Notes under the pieces: generated by a model
The model's database searches: none
Seen by the model: the letters and a program-made list of their open reading frames with translations, nothing else
What the model was told of the DNA's origin: nothing
DNA from: an uncultured Pseudomonadota bacterium
Lineage (GTDB): Bacteria; Pseudomonadota; Alphaproteobacteria; JACZXZ01
Assembly: GCA_963749075.1 (NCBI GenBank)
Contig: CAVVLJ010000020.1
Span: forward strand, 128,001-192,000
Direction of reading: 5' to 3'
Length of the DNA stretch: 64,000 nucleotides
Shown: positions 38,471 through 51,179 of the stretch, piece after piece
Numbering within the stretch: position 1 is the first letter of the stretch
Layout: every line of letters starts with the position of its first letter
Position numbers and translations under genes: made by a program

Positions 38471-39139
38471 ATGCGCACGCTCTACCACCTCTGGCTCTCC
38501 GCCTACTCGCGCAAGGTGCGCGTCGTTCTCAAGGAGAAGAAGCTCGAGTTCGACATGCAGGCCGAGAACGTGTGGGAGCGGCGGCGCGATTTCCTGGCGC
38601 TCAATCCCGCGGGCCAGGTGCCGGTGCTCGTCGACGAGGACGGCACCGTGGTCGCCGACAGCCAGACGATCTGCGAGTATCTCGAGGAGCTGCATCCCGA
38701 GCCGGCACTCATCCAGGGTGCCCCCCGCGAGCGCGCCGAGGTGCGCCGCCTCGTCGCCTGGTTCGATCTCAAGTTCGGCCCCGAGGTGACGCGCAACCTG
38801 GTGGGCGAGAAGATCATGAAGCGCGTGCTCGGCAACGGCCAGCCCAACTCGGCGGCCATCCGCGCCGGCCACCAGAACATCCACTACCACCTCGACTACA
38901 TCGGCTATCTCGCCGACCGGCGCAATTGGCTCGCGGGCGACGCCTTCTCGCTCGCCGACATCGCGGCGGGCACCCAGCTCTCCTCCGTCGACTACATCGG
39001 CGACGTCCCGTGGGACGAGCATCCGCGGGCGCGCGAATGGTACGCGCGCCTCAAATCGCGCCCGAGCTTCCGGCCGCTTCTCGCCGACCACATCCCGGGC
39101 GTCCCGCCCTCCGCCCATTACGCGGACCTGGATTTCTGA
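38471..39139 (+). CDS. GST family protein, FzlA-like
   Basis: LYHLWLS..SRKVR, WERR..FL.LNPAG, WY..KSRPSFRPLL, HYADLDF. Confidence 0.85.
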   Translation: MRTLYHLWLSAYSRKVRVVLKEKKLEFDMQAENVWERRRDFLALNPAGQVPVLVDEDGTVVADSQTICEYLEELHPEPALIQGAPRERAEVRRLVAWFDLKFGPEVTRNLVGEKIMKRVLGNGQPNSAAIRAGHQNIHYHLDYIGYLADRRNWLAGDAFSLADIAAGTQLSSVDYIGDVPWDEHPRAREWYARLKSRPSFRPLLADHIPGVPPSAHYADLDF

Positions 39140-39165
39140 AACTCGGAATCATCGATGCGCAGCCC

Positions 39166-39262
39166 ACCCCCCTCCCTAACCCTCCCCCTCAAGGGGGGAG
39201 GGGATCTGCGCGACAAGACAGCAAACTTCCCCCTCCCCCTTGAAGAGGGAGGGTGGCGACGG
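39166..39262. repeat. CCCTCCCC/GGGGAGGG REP-like palindromes
   Basis: CCCCCTCCCTAACCCTCCCCCTCAAGGGGGGAGGG; inverted match at the 3' end of the 57039-57138 doublet. Confidence 0.75.
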
Positions 39263-39298
39263 GGTGGCACACGCTTCAACGATCGTGAGCACTAGCCG

Positions 39299-40243
39299 GT
39301 GCGCACGTCGCCCCCCACGCCGCCGCAGCGCAGGCTCTTCTGCTTCGGCCTCGGCTTTTCCGCGGGCGTGCTTGCGGATCGCCTCCTAAGAGAGGGCTGG
39401 CGCGTTGCCGGGACCACGCGCAGTGCGGCCAAGGCGGCGGCACTCGCGGCGCGCGGCATCGAGGCCTTCCTCTTCGACCGTGGACGGCCCCTCGCAGAGG
39501 CGAGTGCCGTGCTCGCCGGCACCAGCCATCTCCTCTCCTCGGTGCCGCCCGACGAGGCGGGCGACCCGGTGCTCGACCATCACGGCGGCGACATCGCGGC
39601 ACTCGCGGGTGTGGCCTGGCTCGGCTATCTCTCGACCACCGGGGTCTACGGCGACCATGGCGGCGCCCTCGTCGACGAGGGCACGCCGCTCGCACCCGTG
39701 AGCGCCCGCGCGCGCCGGCGCGCAGCCGCCGAGGCGGCGTGGCTCGGGCTCCTGCGCGAGCACGGGCTGCCGGTCCACGTCTTCCGCCTTGCCGGCATCT
39801 ACGGGCCCGGGCGCAGCGCCTTCGAGTCCTTGCGCGCCGGCACCGCCAGGCGCATCGACAAGCCCGGCCAGCTCTTCTCGCGCATCCACGTCGAGGACAT
39901 CGCCGCGGTGCTCACGGCCTCGATGGCGCGGCCCGATCCGGGTGCCGTCTATAATCTCTGCGACGACCGTCCGGCGGCGAGCGCCGACGTCGTCGCCCAT
40001 GCGGCAGCGCTCCTCGGCATGCCGCCGCCGCCCCTCATCCCCTTCGCGGCGGCGGAGCTTTCGCCCATGGCGGCGAGCTTCTACGGCGAAGCGCGCCGCG
40101 TGAGCAACGGCCGCATCAAGCGCGAGCTCGGCGTGCGCCTCAAATATCCCGATTACGAGAGCGGCTTAGCTGCCATCCTCGCGGCCGAGGGCGGCGGGCG
40201 CTCAGGCGAGCTGGTCGCAAAGGGCAGCCACGATCCGGCATAG
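39299..40243 (+). CDS. SDR/NAD-dependent epimerase family protein
   Basis: FGLGFSA, YLSTTGVYGD, RLAGIYGPGR, RIHVEDI. Confidence 0.88.
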   Translation: MRTSPPTPPQRRLFCFGLGFSAGVLADRLLREGWRVAGTTRSAAKAAALAARGIEAFLFDRGRPLAEASAVLAGTSHLLSSVPPDEAGDPVLDHHGGDIAALAGVAWLGYLSTTGVYGDHGGALVDEGTPLAPVSARARRRAAAEAAWLGLLREHGLPVHVFRLAGIYGPGRSAFESLRAGTARRIDKPGQLFSRIHVEDIAAVLTASMARPDPGAVYNLCDDRPAASADVVAHAAALLGMPPPPLIPFAAAELSPMAASFYGEARRVSNGRIKRELGVRLKYPDYESGLAAILAAEGGGRSGELVAKGSHDPA

Positions 40244-40982
40244 GCGCAAGAGGTCGTGGGGCTCGGAGAGGCGGTGCCCGCCGCCCTTGACGAGCGTCAG
40301 CTCGAACGTCGCTCGAGGCGAGCCGCATGGCGATGCGGAACGACGTCTCGAACGGCACGTCCGGGTCGGCGAGCCCGTGGATGAGGCGAACTGGCCCCGC
40401 GAAGGCGATGGGGCCGCAGAGCACGAGGTGCTTGCGGCCGTCCTCGATGAGGGCGCCGGTGATCGCCATCGGCTCCTCGTCGTATTGCGAGGGGAGCCGC
40501 AGCACGCCTACCGCCGCGAGGCGCGCGCGCTGGTCGGGCGAGAAGTGCTTCCACATGAGCTCCTCGGTGAAGTCCGCGGCGGCGGCGATGCCGACGAGGC
40601 CCTTGACGCGCTCGCGTCGCGCCAAGGCCGCGAGCAGCATGAGCCAGCCGCCCAGGCTCGAGCCGACGAGGACGAGGGGACCCTCGGTGAGCCTGTCGAG
40701 CGCCAGGAGCGCGTCGTCGAGCCAGTCGCCGATCACCGTCTCCTCGAAACGTCCGCTCGATTGGCCGTGGCCGCGGTAGTCGAAGCGGAGGAAGCCCTGG
40801 CCGCGCGCCCGCGCGAGCGCCTCGAGCGCCAGCGCCTTGCCGCCCGTCATGTCGGAGCGGAGGCCGGTCAGGAAGACGACCGTCGGGCTGCGGCCGTGGC
40901 ACCTCTGGTAGGCGATGGCGCCGCCCTCGGGCCGTGCTAATCTCGCGGCCGGCTGGGCTTCAGGGGATGCGGTGGCGGTCAT
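40202..40982 (-). CDS. Alpha/beta hydrolase; +1 frameshift near 40305 (likely error)
   Basis: GSSLGG nucleophile, HG..D.DVP; the catalytic His motif GGHRLS appears only after removing one base. Confidence 0.85.
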
Positions 40983-41068
40983 GGAGCCTGTCCCAAGCTG
41001 TCGGAGTGGGAGCGTTGCGAGCCACAGGAGCTAGGGGCGAATTTAGCATCGGTCCGGCAGTCCGCCCA

Positions 41069-41128
41069 GGAGGGCACTTGGCGGGAGGACACTTGGCGGG
41101 AGGACACTTGGCGGGCGGGCACACGGAG
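41069..41128 (+). repeat. 15-bp tandem repeat x3 plus a degenerate fourth unit (GGAGGACACTTGGCG)
   Basis: Units at 41069, 41084, 41099, degenerate at 41114. Confidence 0.85.
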
Positions 41129-42283
41129 GGCGGCCGGCCGGTGGTGCTGCAAGTGCTGCCGGCGCTCGGCCAGGGCGGTGCCGAGCGCGGCTGCGTCGAC
41201 GTGGCGGCGGCGATCGCCGAGGCGGGTGGGGAGGCGCTCGTCGCCTCTGCCGGCGGGCCGCTCGAGCGCGAGCTGCAGCGCGCCGGCGTGCGGCATGTCA
41301 CGCTGCCGCTCGACAGCAAGAACCCCTTCGTGATGCGCGCCAACGTGGGCCGCCTCGTCTCGCTCATCGAGCGCGCCCACGTCGACATCGTGCATGCGCG
41401 GAGCCGGGCGCCCGCCTGGAGCGCCCTCGCCGCGGCCCGTCGCACGGGCCGCACCTTCCTCACCACCTTTCACGGCACCTACAACGAGCATGGCTACTTG
41501 AAGCACCTCTATAATTCGGTGATGGCCAAGGGCGACCTGGTGATCGCCATCTCCCGGCACATCGCCGAGCTCATCCCGCAGCGTTACGGCATCGACCCGG
41601 CGCGCGTGCGCCTCATCCCGCGCGGCATCGATCTCGCCCTCTTCGATCCCGCCAGCATCTCGCCCTCGCGCCTCGTGCAGTTGACCGAGGCCTGGCGCCT
41701 CGTCGACGGCATGCCGGTCGTCATGCTGCCCGGGCGGCTCACGCGCTGGAAGGGCCAGACCGTGCTCATCGAGGCGCTGGCACGGCTCGGGCGCAGGGAC
41801 ATCCGCTGCCTCGTCGTGGGCTCCGACGAGGGCCGCCGCGGCTACCGGCGCGAGCTCGAGGCGCTGATCGCGGCGCGCGGGCTCGGCGGCATCGTGCAGA
41901 TCGTCGAGCACTGCCGCGACATGCCGGCCGCCTACATGCTGGCGGACGTGGTGGTGTCGGCCTCGACCGATCCCGAGGCCTTCGGCCGCGTCGCGGTCGA
42001 GGCCCAGGCCATGGGCCGGCCGGTGATCGCGAGCGATCACGGCGGCAGCAGCGAGACCGTGCTCGAGGGCGGCACCGGCTGGCTGGTGCCGCCGGGCGAC
42101 CCGGCGACCCTTGCCGCGGCTCTCGACGAGGCCCTCGCCCTCGACGCCGAGGCCCGCGAGGCGCTCGCCGCCGCCGCGATGGCGCATGCGCGCGCCAACT
42201 TCTCCAAGGACGCCATGTGCGCGCGCACGCTCGCGGTCTACGACGAGCTCATGGCGCTTGCCGCCGGCCAAGTCGCGGCGTGA
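41078..42283 (+). CDS. Glycosyltransferase family 4
   Basis: QVLPAL..GGAERG, HARSRAPAW, GRLTRWKG, EAFGRVAVEAQAMG; start uncertain. Confidence 0.9.
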   Translation: MAGGHLAGGHLAGGHTEGGRPVVLQVLPALGQGGAERGCVDVAAAIAEAGGEALVASAGGPLERELQRAGVRHVTLPLDSKNPFVMRANVGRLVSLIERAHVDIVHARSRAPAWSALAAARRTGRTFLTTFHGTYNEHGYLKHLYNSVMAKGDLVIAISRHIAELIPQRYGIDPARVRLIPRGIDLALFDPASISPSRLVQLTEAWRLVDGMPVVMLPGRLTRWKGQTVLIEALARLGRRDIRCLVVGSDEGRRGYRRELEALIAARGLGGIVQIVEHCRDMPAAYMLADVVVSASTDPEAFGRVAVEAQAMGRPVIASDHGGSSETVLEGGTGWLVPPGDPATLAAALDEALALDAEAREALAAAAMAHARANFSKDAMCARTLAVYDELMALAAGQVAA

Positions 42284-43224
42284 GCGGCGCCGAGGCACCC
42301 ATCCTCGTCATCAAGCTCGGCGCGCTCGGCGACTTCGTCCAGGCGCTGGGACCGATGGCCGCGATCCGGCGCCACCATGCCGGCGCCCGCATCGTGCTGA
42401 TCACGACCGCACCCTTCGACGAGCTGGCGCGCGCCTCGCCTTACGTCGACGAGGTCTGGCTCGACGAGCGGCCGCCGCTTTTTGCGCTCGGCCGCTGGCT
42501 CAAGCTGAGGCGGCGCCTGCGCGCCGAGCGCTTCGCGCGGGTCTACGATCTGCAGACCTCGGACCGCTCGGGCTGGTACTTCCGCCTCTTCTGGCCGGGG
42601 CCGCGGCCGGAGTGGTCGGGCATCGCCCGCGGCGCCTCCCATCCCCACGACAACCCGGCGCGCGACCGCATGCACACCATCGAGCGCCAGGCCGAGCAGC
42701 TCCATGCGGCCGGCATCGCCCAAGTGCCGCTCCCCGACGTCTCGTGGGCAAAGGCCGATCTTGGCCGCTTCACTCTGCCGCCAAGGACCGCGCTCCTCGT
42801 CCCCGGCGGCGCGGCGCACCGCCCGGCCAAGCGCTGGCCGCTCGAACGCTATGCCGAGCTCGCCGAGGCGCTCGTCGTGCGCGGCCTGGTACCGGTGATC
42901 CTCGGCACGGGTGCCGAGGCGCTCCTCGCCCACGCCATCCGCTCGCTCGCTCCCGCGGCACTCGACTTGAGCGGCAAGACGAGCCTCCTCGAGCTCGCGG
43001 CACTGGCGCGGCGCGCCTCTCTCGCGGTCGGCAACGACACCGGGCCGATGCATCTCATTGCCGCCGCGGGCTGCCCCTCGGTCGTGCTCTTCTCGCGCGA
43101 TTCAGACCCCGCCCTCTGCGCACCGCGGGGGCGGAGCGTCGCGGTCCTGCGGCGCGCCGAGCTCGAGGACCTCGCGGTCGAGGAGGTGCTCGCGGCCCTC
43201 CCCGAGACGGCGGGGCCGGCTTGA
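42280..43224 (+). CDS. Glycosyltransferase family 9 (heptosyltransferase-like)
   Basis: ILVIKLGALGDF, KRWP, GNDTGPMH. Confidence 0.9.
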   Translation: MSGAEAPILVIKLGALGDFVQALGPMAAIRRHHAGARIVLITTAPFDELARASPYVDEVWLDERPPLFALGRWLKLRRRLRAERFARVYDLQTSDRSGWYFRLFWPGPRPEWSGIARGASHPHDNPARDRMHTIERQAEQLHAAGIAQVPLPDVSWAKADLGRFTLPPRTALLVPGGAAHRPAKRWPLERYAELAEALVVRGLVPVILGTGAEALLAHAIRSLAPAALDLSGKTSLLELAALARRASLAVGNDTGPMHLIAAAGCPSVVLFSRDSDPALCAPRGRSVAVLRRAELEDLAVEEVLAALPETAGPA

Positions 43225-43414
43225 GCCCCCCAGGGAACGAGAGGGGGAACGATCGAGGGAGCGAAAGAAAACCTTGCGCGGCGCCGCCCCATCACTAGAC
43301 TTAAGGCGGCTGTGGTTCCGGCAGCCGATCGTAACCTCGCGGCACTCACCGGGACGGCGGCCCGCAGAAACGCGGGCGCCGCGAAGTGCCGCGGCCTTTT
43401 TATGGAGAGCCTAG

Positions 43415-43951
43415 ATAGCCAGACCACCCTCCGAACTGGCGCCGTCCCGCGACGGGCCGGCGATCAACGAGCAGATCAGGGCGCCCACCGTGCGCCTCAT
43501 CGATGAAAAGGGCGAGAACATCGGCGTCGTGCCGGTCGCCCAAGCGCTCGGACGGGCCGAGCAGGCCGGCCTCGATCTCGTCGAGATCGCCCCCCTGGCC
43601 GAGCCGCCCGTCGTCAAGATCCTCGATTTCGGCAAGTACAAATACGAGGAGCAGAAGCGCAAGAACGAGGCGCGCAAGAAGCAGAAGGTCATCGAGATCA
43701 AGGAGATCAAGATGCGCCCCTCGATCGACAACCACGACTACGAGATCAAGATGCGCTCGGTCGTCAAGTTCCTCGCCGAGGGCGACAAGGTGAAGGTCAC
43801 CTTGCGCTTCCGCGGCCGCGAGCTCGTGCATCAGGAGATCGGCGTCAAGGTGCTCGAGCGCGTGCGCGGCGACCTCACCGAGCGCGGCAAGGTCGAGCAG
43901 TTCCCCCGCATGGAAGGCCGCCAGATGACCATGGTGATCGCGCCGAAGTAG
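43415..43951 (+). CDS. infC: Translation initiation factor IF-3 (ATA start)
   Basis: [23 protein letters not shown]; in-frame ATA 5 nt after GGAGAG, immediately after an in-frame TAG. Confidence 0.95.
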   Translation: MARPPSELAPSRDGPAINEQIRAPTVRLIDEKGENIGVVPVAQALGRAEQAGLDLVEIAPLAEPPVVKILDFGKYKYEEQKRKNEARKKQKVIEIKEIKMRPSIDNHDYEIKMRSVVKFLAEGDKVKVTLRFRGRELVHQEIGVKVLERVRGDLTERGKVEQFPRMEGRQMTMVIAPK

Positions 43952-43962
43952 GGGGGCGGTCT

Positions 43963-44110
43963 CCCTCTCCTCCTTTAGGAGGAGAGGGCTGGGGTGAGGA
44001 GGCAGCCTCGCTTGGCACGCCGTCGGCCGTAGCAGCGCGCAAGCGCTGGGCCTCCTCACCTTCCCATCGCTTCGCGATGGGCCCCTCCTCTCCTCCTGAA
44101 GGAGGAGAGG
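43963..44110. repeat. Inverted doublet of CCCTCTCC REP-like palindromes
   Basis: CCCTCTCCTCCTTTAGGAGGAGAGGG..GGTGAGGAGG / CCTCCTCACC..CCTCTCCTCCTGAAGGAGGAGAGG. Confidence 0.8.
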
Positions 44111-44171
44111 AATAGCGCCTCAACTTGTCTTGCCGGATTTGAAGCCGCGACACCGCCAGCCCGCCGCGCCC

Positions 44172-44198
44172 CTTGCTTTCCGCCCTTGGTCTCTATAT
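44172..44198 (+). promoter_or_regulatory. Putative promoter of rpmI-rplT
   Basis: CTTG-N17-CTATAT. Confidence 0.45.
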
Positions 44199-44286
44199 AA
44201 GCCAGCGCTCGATTGCGAGCGGCACGGCTTGACGGGCATGCCTACCCGCTCCCGAAGCGTTCATTCCAGGTCCAAGGACACGCAAA

Positions 44287-44490
44287 ATGCCCAAGCTCAA
44301 GACCAAGTCGGGGGCGAAGAAGCGCTTCTCCCGCACCGCCTCCGGCAAGATCAAGGCCGCCTTCGGCCTCAAGCGCCACGGCTTGCGCAAACGCAGCAAG
44401 AAGATGAAGCGCAAGGCGCGCGGCAGCTTCGTGCTGACCAAGGGCGACGCCAACCTCGTCAAGGGCTACATGCCCTATCTGAGGGGCTGA
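44287..44490 (+). CDS. rpmI: 50S ribosomal protein L35
   Basis: MPKLKTKSGAKKRF..TASGK. Confidence 0.97.
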   Translation: MPKLKTKSGAKKRFSRTASGKIKAAFGLKRHGLRKRSKKMKRKARGSFVLTKGDANLVKGYMPYLRG

Positions 44491-44493
44491 GCC

Positions 44494-44860
44494 ATGGCGC
44501 GCGCAACCTCGTCGCCGGCCCGCCACGCCAAGCGCAAGAAGCTCTTGAAGCTTGCCAAGGGCTACCGCGGGCGCGGCAAGAACAACTACCGCATCGCCCT
44601 CGAGAAGGTCGAGAAGGGGCTGCAATACGCCTACCGCGACCGGCGCAACCGCAAGCGCGACTTCCGCGGCCTGTGGATCCAGCGCATCAACGCCGGCGCG
44701 CGCGACGCGGGCCTCACCTACGGCAAGTTCATGCACGGCCTCAAGAACGCCGGCATCGAGCTCGACCGCAAGGTGCTCGCCGATCTCGCGGTGCGCGACC
44801 CCGAACTCGTTCAGGGCCTTGGTCGCCGAGGCCCAGAAGGCGCTCGCCAAGGCTGCTTGA
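44494..44860 (+). CDS. rplT: 50S ribosomal protein L20; +1 frameshift near 44800 (likely error)
   Basis: [32 protein letters not shown]; the [13 protein letters not shown] tail lies in the next frame. Confidence 0.95.
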
Positions 44861-44886
44861 TCGCAACAGCCGGCGTCGGTAAGCCG

Positions 44887-44916
44887 AAGGGGCCTTGAGC
44901 GATCAGGCCCCTTTTG
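44887..44916 (+). terminator. Intrinsic terminator-like hairpin after rplT
   Basis: AAGGGGCCT..AGGCCCC-TTTT. Confidence 0.55.
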
Positions 44917-44942
44917 CTTATGCGCGGGCGGGAGGAACGGGC

Positions 44943-46019
44943 ATGGAGAACCTGGAAGCGCTCAAGAGCGAGCTCCTTAGCGAGATCGCGGCGGCAGGGA
45001 GTCTTGCGGCGCTCGAGGAGCTGCGCGTCACTACGCTCGGGCGCAAGGGCCGCGTGACCGAGCTCATGAAGGGCCTCTCCGCCCTCGGCGGCGAGGCGCG
45101 CAAGGAGGCGGGGCGCAGCCTCAATCTCCTCAAGGAGGCGCTCGCCGCCGCCATCGAGGCGCGCAAGGCAGTGCTTGCCGAGGGCGAGCTCGACGCGCGG
45201 CTCAAGGAGGAGCGCCTCGACGTGACCCTGCCGGCGCGCCCCGAGAGCCGCGGGCGCATCCATCCCATCAGCCAGACCATCGACGAGCTCAGTGCCATCT
45301 TCGGCGAGATGGGCTTCGCCGTCGCCGAGGGACCCGACATCGAGGACGACTTCCACAACTTCACCGCCCTCAACATCCCGCCCGAGCACCCGGCGCGGCA
45401 GATGATGGACACCTTCTATCTCAAGGAGAAGCCCGACGGCAGCCGCATGGTGCTGCGCACCCACACCTCGCCAGTGCAGGTGCGCACGATGCAGCGGACC
45501 AAGCCGCCCATCCGCGTCATCGCCCCCGGCCGCACCTACCGCTGCGACAGCGACATGACCCATACGCCCATGTTCCATCAGGTCGAGGGCCTGGTGGTCG
45601 ACAAGACGACCCACATGGGACACCTCAAGGGCTGCCTCATCGAGTTCTGCCGCGCCTTCTTCGAGGTGCCCGACGTGCCGGTGCGCTTCCGCCCGAGCCA
45701 CTTCCCCTTCACCGAGCCCTCGGCCGAGGTCGACATCGGCTGCAGCCGCGCCGGCGGCGAGCTCAGGATCGGCGCCGGCGACGATTGGCTCGAGATCCTC
45801 GGCTGCGGCATGGTGCATCCCAAGGTGCTCGAGATGTGCGGCATCAATTCGGCCGTCTATCAAGGCTTCGCCTTCGGCATGGGGATCGAGCGCATCGCCA
45901 TGCTGAAGTACGGCATCCCCGACCTGCGCACCTTCTTCGATGCGGACCTGCGCTGGCTCAGCCACTACGGCTTCGCGGCGCTCGACGTGCCGAGCCTCAC
46001 GGGAGGCCTCAGCCGATGA
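44943..46019 (+). CDS. pheS: Phenylalanine-tRNA ligase alpha subunit
   Basis: HPAR..DTF, LRTHTS, FPFTEPS, GFAFGMG. Confidence 0.98.
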   Translation: MENLEALKSELLSEIAAAGSLAALEELRVTTLGRKGRVTELMKGLSALGGEARKEAGRSLNLLKEALAAAIEARKAVLAEGELDARLKEERLDVTLPARPESRGRIHPISQTIDELSAIFGEMGFAVAEGPDIEDDFHNFTALNIPPEHPARQMMDTFYLKEKPDGSRMVLRTHTSPVQVRTMQRTKPPIRVIAPGRTYRCDSDMTHTPMFHQVEGLVVDKTTHMGHLKGCLIEFCRAFFEVPDVPVRFRPSHFPFTEPSAEVDIGCSRAGGELRIGAGDDWLEILGCGMVHPKVLEMCGINSAVYQGFAFGMGIERIAMLKYGIPDLRTFFDADLRWLSHYGFAALDVPSLTGGLSR

Positions 46020-48418
46020 AGCTGACCCTCGCCTGGCTCAGGGACCATCTCGAGACCGCGGCCCCGCTCGAGCGCATCGCCGAGACGCTGGTCTCCCTCG
46101 GCCTCGAGGTCGAGGGCATCCACGACCGCGCGCAGGCGCTTCTGCCGTTCACCATCGCCCATGTGGTCGAGGCGAAGCCGCACCCGAACGCCGACCGCCT
46201 CAAGGTCTGCATCGTCGATACCGGGCGCGAGCGCGTGCAGGTCGTCTGCGGCGCGCCCAACGCGCGCACCGGCATGATGGGCGTCTTCGCGCCCGCCGGC
46301 AGCCACATCCCCGGCAGCGGCCTCGACCTTGAGAAGAGCGTCATCCGCGGCGTCGCCTCGAACGGCATGCTCTGCTCGGAGCGCGAGATGGGCCTCTCGG
46401 ACGAGCATGCCGGCATCATCGAGCTGCCCGCCGGTGCGCCGCTCGGGGAGTCTTTCGCCAGCTATCTCGGCCTCGATGATCCGGTGATCGACGTGGCCGT
46501 GACGCCCAACCGCGCCGACTGCCTGGGCGTGCGCGGCATCGCGCGCGACTTGGCCGCCGCGGGGCTCGGCACGCTCAAGCCCGCGCCGCGGCTCAGCGCA
46601 GTGGCCGGCAGCTTCGCGAGCCCGCTCTCCTGGCGCATCGACTTGCCGCCCGAGGCGGCGGGCGCCTGTCCCTTTGTGGTCGGGCGCTTCTTCCGCAACG
46701 TCACGAACCGGCCGAGCCCGCGCTGGCTGCAGGACCGCCTGCGCGCGATCGGGCTCAGGCCGATCTCGGCCCTCGTCGACATCACCAACTACGTGACGAT
46801 CGATCTCGGCCGGCCGCTTCACGTCTTCGACGCCGACAAGCTCGCGGGCGACCCCGTCATGCGCCTGGCACGGGCAGGCGAGACGCTGGCGGCGCTCAAC
46901 GGCAAGAGCTATGAGCTCGAGGACGGCATGACGGTGATCGCGGATCGGCAGGGCGTGCTCGCTATCGGCGGCATCATGGGCGGCGAGGGGAGCGGCTGCA
47001 GCGAGGCGACGACGAACGTCTTCCTCGAGGTTGCCCTCTTCGACCCCATCCGCACCGCCGTCACCGGGCGCAAGCTCGCCATCGAATCCGACGCGCGCTA
47101 CCGCTTCGAGCGCGGCCTCGATCCCACCTCGGCGCTCTGGGGCGCCGAGGTCGCGGCTCACCTCATCGGCGAGTTCTGCGGCGGCGAGGCGAGCGAGGTG
47201 GTCAGCGCCGGCGCCCTGCCTGAGTGGCGGCGCGAGGTGTCCTTGCGGCTCGATCGCGCGCGAACCTTCGGCGGCGTCGATATCGCAGCGTCCGAGCAGC
47301 GCCGCATCCTCGAGGCACTCGGTTACGAGGTCGAGGAGGGCGAAGGCGCCCTCGCCACAGTGCCGCCGCCCTGGCGCAACGACGTGACGCGCGAGCCCGA
47401 TCTCATCGAGGACATCCTGCGCGTCCACGGCTACGACCGCATCGAGCCGGTGCCGCTTGCGCTGGAGGGGGCGCTGCCGCGCCTGGCCCTCACCCAAGGC
47501 CAGCGGCGCGCGCGCGCGGTCAAGCGCGGGCTCGCGGCGCGCGGCCTGATCGAGGCGGTCACCTGGTCCTTCGCCAGCTCGCGGCACGCGGCACTCTTCG
47601 GCGGCGGCAACCCGGCGCTCGAGCTCGCCAATCCGATCTCGAGCGATCTCGACGCGATGCGGCCCTCGATCCTGCCCAACCTGGTGGCGGCGTCCGGACG
47701 CAATGCCGACCGCGGCAGCGGCGATCTCGCCCTCTTCGAGGTCGGCCCGCAATATGCCGACGATACGCCCAAGGGCCAGTCGCTCATGGCATCGGGCGTG
47801 CGCGCCGGGCTTGCCGTGCCGCGCCATTGGGCCGTTGCGGCGCGCGCGGTCGACGCCTTCGATGCCAAGGCGGACGCGCTCGCCGTGATCGCCGAGGCAG
47901 GCGGGCCCGCCGAGCCGCAGACGACTGCGGACGCCCCCGGCTGGTACCATCCCGGCCGCTCCGGCACGCTCCGCCTCGGCGCCAACGTGCTCGCCTGGTT
48001 CGGCGAGGTGCACCCGCGCGTGCTGAGGAGCATGGAGGTGAAGGGGCCGCTCGTCGCTTTCGAGGTCTTCCTCGAGCGCATCCCCGAGCCGCGCGCGAAG
48101 GCGGGGAAGATGCGGCCGCTCCTCAAGGCCTCGCCGTTCCAGCCCGTCGAGCGCGATTTCGCCTTCGTGGTCGATGTGGGGATCGAGGCGGAGCGCCTCG
48201 TGCGCGCGGCCAAGGGGGTGGACAAGGCGCTCATCGCCGAGGTGTCCGTCTTCAACGTCTATGCCGGCGCCAACCTGCCGCCGGGCAAGAAATCGCTGGC
48301 GCTCGGCGTGCGCCTGCAGCCGCTCGAGCGCACGCTCACCGAGGAGGAGATCGACGCCGTCGGCCAGCGCATCGTCGCCGCCGTGGCCAAGGCGACGGGC
48401 GCGGTCTTGCGCACGTAA
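46016..48418 (+). CDS. pheT: Phenylalanine-tRNA ligase beta subunit
   Basis: HPNADRL, VCGAPN, TPNRAD, RFERG, HPGRS, RDFAF. Confidence 0.98.
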   Translation: MKLTLAWLRDHLETAAPLERIAETLVSLGLEVEGIHDRAQALLPFTIAHVVEAKPHPNADRLKVCIVDTGRERVQVVCGAPNARTGMMGVFAPAGSHIPGSGLDLEKSVIRGVASNGMLCSEREMGLSDEHAGIIELPAGAPLGESFASYLGLDDPVIDVAVTPNRADCLGVRGIARDLAAAGLGTLKPAPRLSAVAGSFASPLSWRIDLPPEAAGACPFVVGRFFRNVTNRPSPRWLQDRLRAIGLRPISALVDITNYVTIDLGRPLHVFDADKLAGDPVMRLARAGETLAALNGKSYELEDGMTVIADRQGVLAIGGIMGGEGSGCSEATTNVFLEVALFDPIRTAVTGRKLAIESDARYRFERGLDPTSALWGAEVAAHLIGEFCGGEASEVVSAGALPEWRREVSLRLDRARTFGGVDIAASEQRRILEALGYEVEEGEGALATVPPPWRNDVTREPDLIEDILRVHGYDRIEPVPLALEGALPRLALTQGQRRARAVKRGLAARGLIEAVTWSFASSRHAALFGGGNPALELANPISSDLDAMRPSILPNLVAASGRNADRGSGDLALFEVGPQYADDTPKGQSLMASGVRAGLAVPRHWAVAARAVDAFDAKADALAVIAEAGGPAEPQTTADAPGWYHPGRSGTLRLGANVLAWFGEVHPRVLRSMEVKGPLVAFEVFLERIPEPRAKAGKMRPLLKASPFQPVERDFAFVVDVGIEAERLVRAAKGVDKALIAEVSVFNVYAGANLPPGKKSLALGVRLQPLERTLTEEEIDAVGQRIVAAVAKATGAVLRT

Positions 48419-48425
48419 GTCATTT

Positions 48426-48552
48426 CACCACGGAGGCACGGAGAGCGCGGGGAAGAAAGAAAGCCGTTGGAACCGCAAAGACACAAAGGCACGAAGAAGG
48501 GCTCTTGCGCGAAGCGCGATAATCCCTTCGTGTCTTTGTGTCTTTGTGGTTC
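48426..48552. repeat. 9-mer-periodic inverted repeat element (CACAAAGAC / CACGGAGG type)
   Basis: AACCGCAAAGACACAAAGGCACGAAG..CTTCGTGTCTTTGTGTCTTTGTGGTT, preceded by CACCACGGAGGCACGGAG. Confidence 0.75.
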
Positions 48553-48615
48553 CCCTAACTTCTTGGCTCCGGCAAGGCCCTTCCGTCGCGGCGCACGCCG
48601 CACCATCTTAGGCAC

Positions 48616-50415
<1,800 letters not shown>

Positions 50416-50418
50416 GCC

Positions 50419-50494
50419 GGACGACGGACGACGGACGACGGAGGACAGACGACGGAACAGGCGCGGCCTTCCGTCGTCTGTCCTCTGTCATCTG
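50419..50494. repeat. 7-mer repeat inverted element (GACGACG/GACAGAC)
   Basis: GGACGAC x3..GAGGACAGACGACGGAA / TTCCGTCGTCTGTCCTCTGTCATCTG. Confidence 0.75.
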
Positions 50495-50808
50495 GATGTC
50501 AGCGTCCGCCTGCGCCGGCGGCGCTTCCGGCGCAGCGCCAAGATGGCGATGCCCGGTGCCGCGAGGAGGAGCCAGGCGGGCAGGCTGAGGAGAGGCCCCA
50601 GCACATCGTCCCACACCGCCGCCGCGATATAGCGTTTCACCGCGGCCTGCAGGAGGCGGAGGCTGCCCGGGCTCACGTGGGACCAGAGCTCGCTCGCTGC
50701 AGTGATGTGGTAGCTGCCCTTGTCGAGCCACTCGTACGTCTCGCCGAGAACGACGATTACGGCTGCGGCGATGAGCAGCCAGGCGATGAGGATAGAGGTG
50801 CGTCGCAT
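50488..50808 (-). CDS. Small membrane hypothetical protein
   Basis: Two hydrophobic helices, W..SP.SL..LQ..V.RY..WD..P..P pattern, basic tail. Confidence 0.7.
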   Translation of the reverse strand: MRRTSILIAWLLIAAAVIVVLGETYEWLDKGSYHITAASELWSHVSPGSLRLLQAAVKRYIAAAVWDDVLGPLLSLPAWLLLAAPGIAILALRRKRRRRRRTLTSR

Positions 50809-50989
50809 CCGCACGCCGCATGTCTCTGCGAGAGGGGCCGCCCTCCGAGGCGGACGGCCCATAATCTGGCCCCTGCCGCGGGTAGTGGCAATCGGATTTC
50901 CGTCGGCCGCAACGCCGCCCGACCGACCCGCGCCCGCGGCGGTGTTCCTTGGCCGGCCGGGTTCCCGCTGATATGGTAACGCCCTTTTT

Positions 50990-51079
50990 GGAGGGATGGC
51001 CGAGTGGCTTAAGGCGCACGCTTGGAAAGCGTGTTTAGGGGAAACCCTAACGTGGGTTCGAATCCCACTCCCTCCGCCA
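50990..51079 (+). tRNA. tRNA-Ser(GGA)
   Basis: GGAGGGATGGCCGAGTGG..CACGC TTGGAAA GCGTG..long arm..GGTTCGAATCC..GCCA, 90 nt. Confidence 0.97.
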
Positions 51080-51170
51080 CCCTTCGCCCTTCGGGCTACG
51101 GGTGGCAGGCCATTGTGAGATCGGTGGGGCGAAGGGTGTCTCCCGAAGCTCCGCAGGAGCGTAGGGAGAC
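51076..51170 (+). repeat. Structured palindrome doublet between tRNA-Ser and the GIY-YIG gene
   Basis: GCCACCC-TTC-GCCCTTCGGGC-TAC-GGGTGGC and GTCTCCC-GAA-GCTCCGCAGGAGC-GTA-GGGAGAC. Confidence 0.7.
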
Positions 51171-51179
51171 TGCTGCCGC

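Noticed and set aside
44790-44860. Programmed frameshift or pseudogenisation of rplT
   Set aside because: Essential gene, no slippery heptamer, and the same CGAAC lesion as two unrelated genes, so an error is more likely
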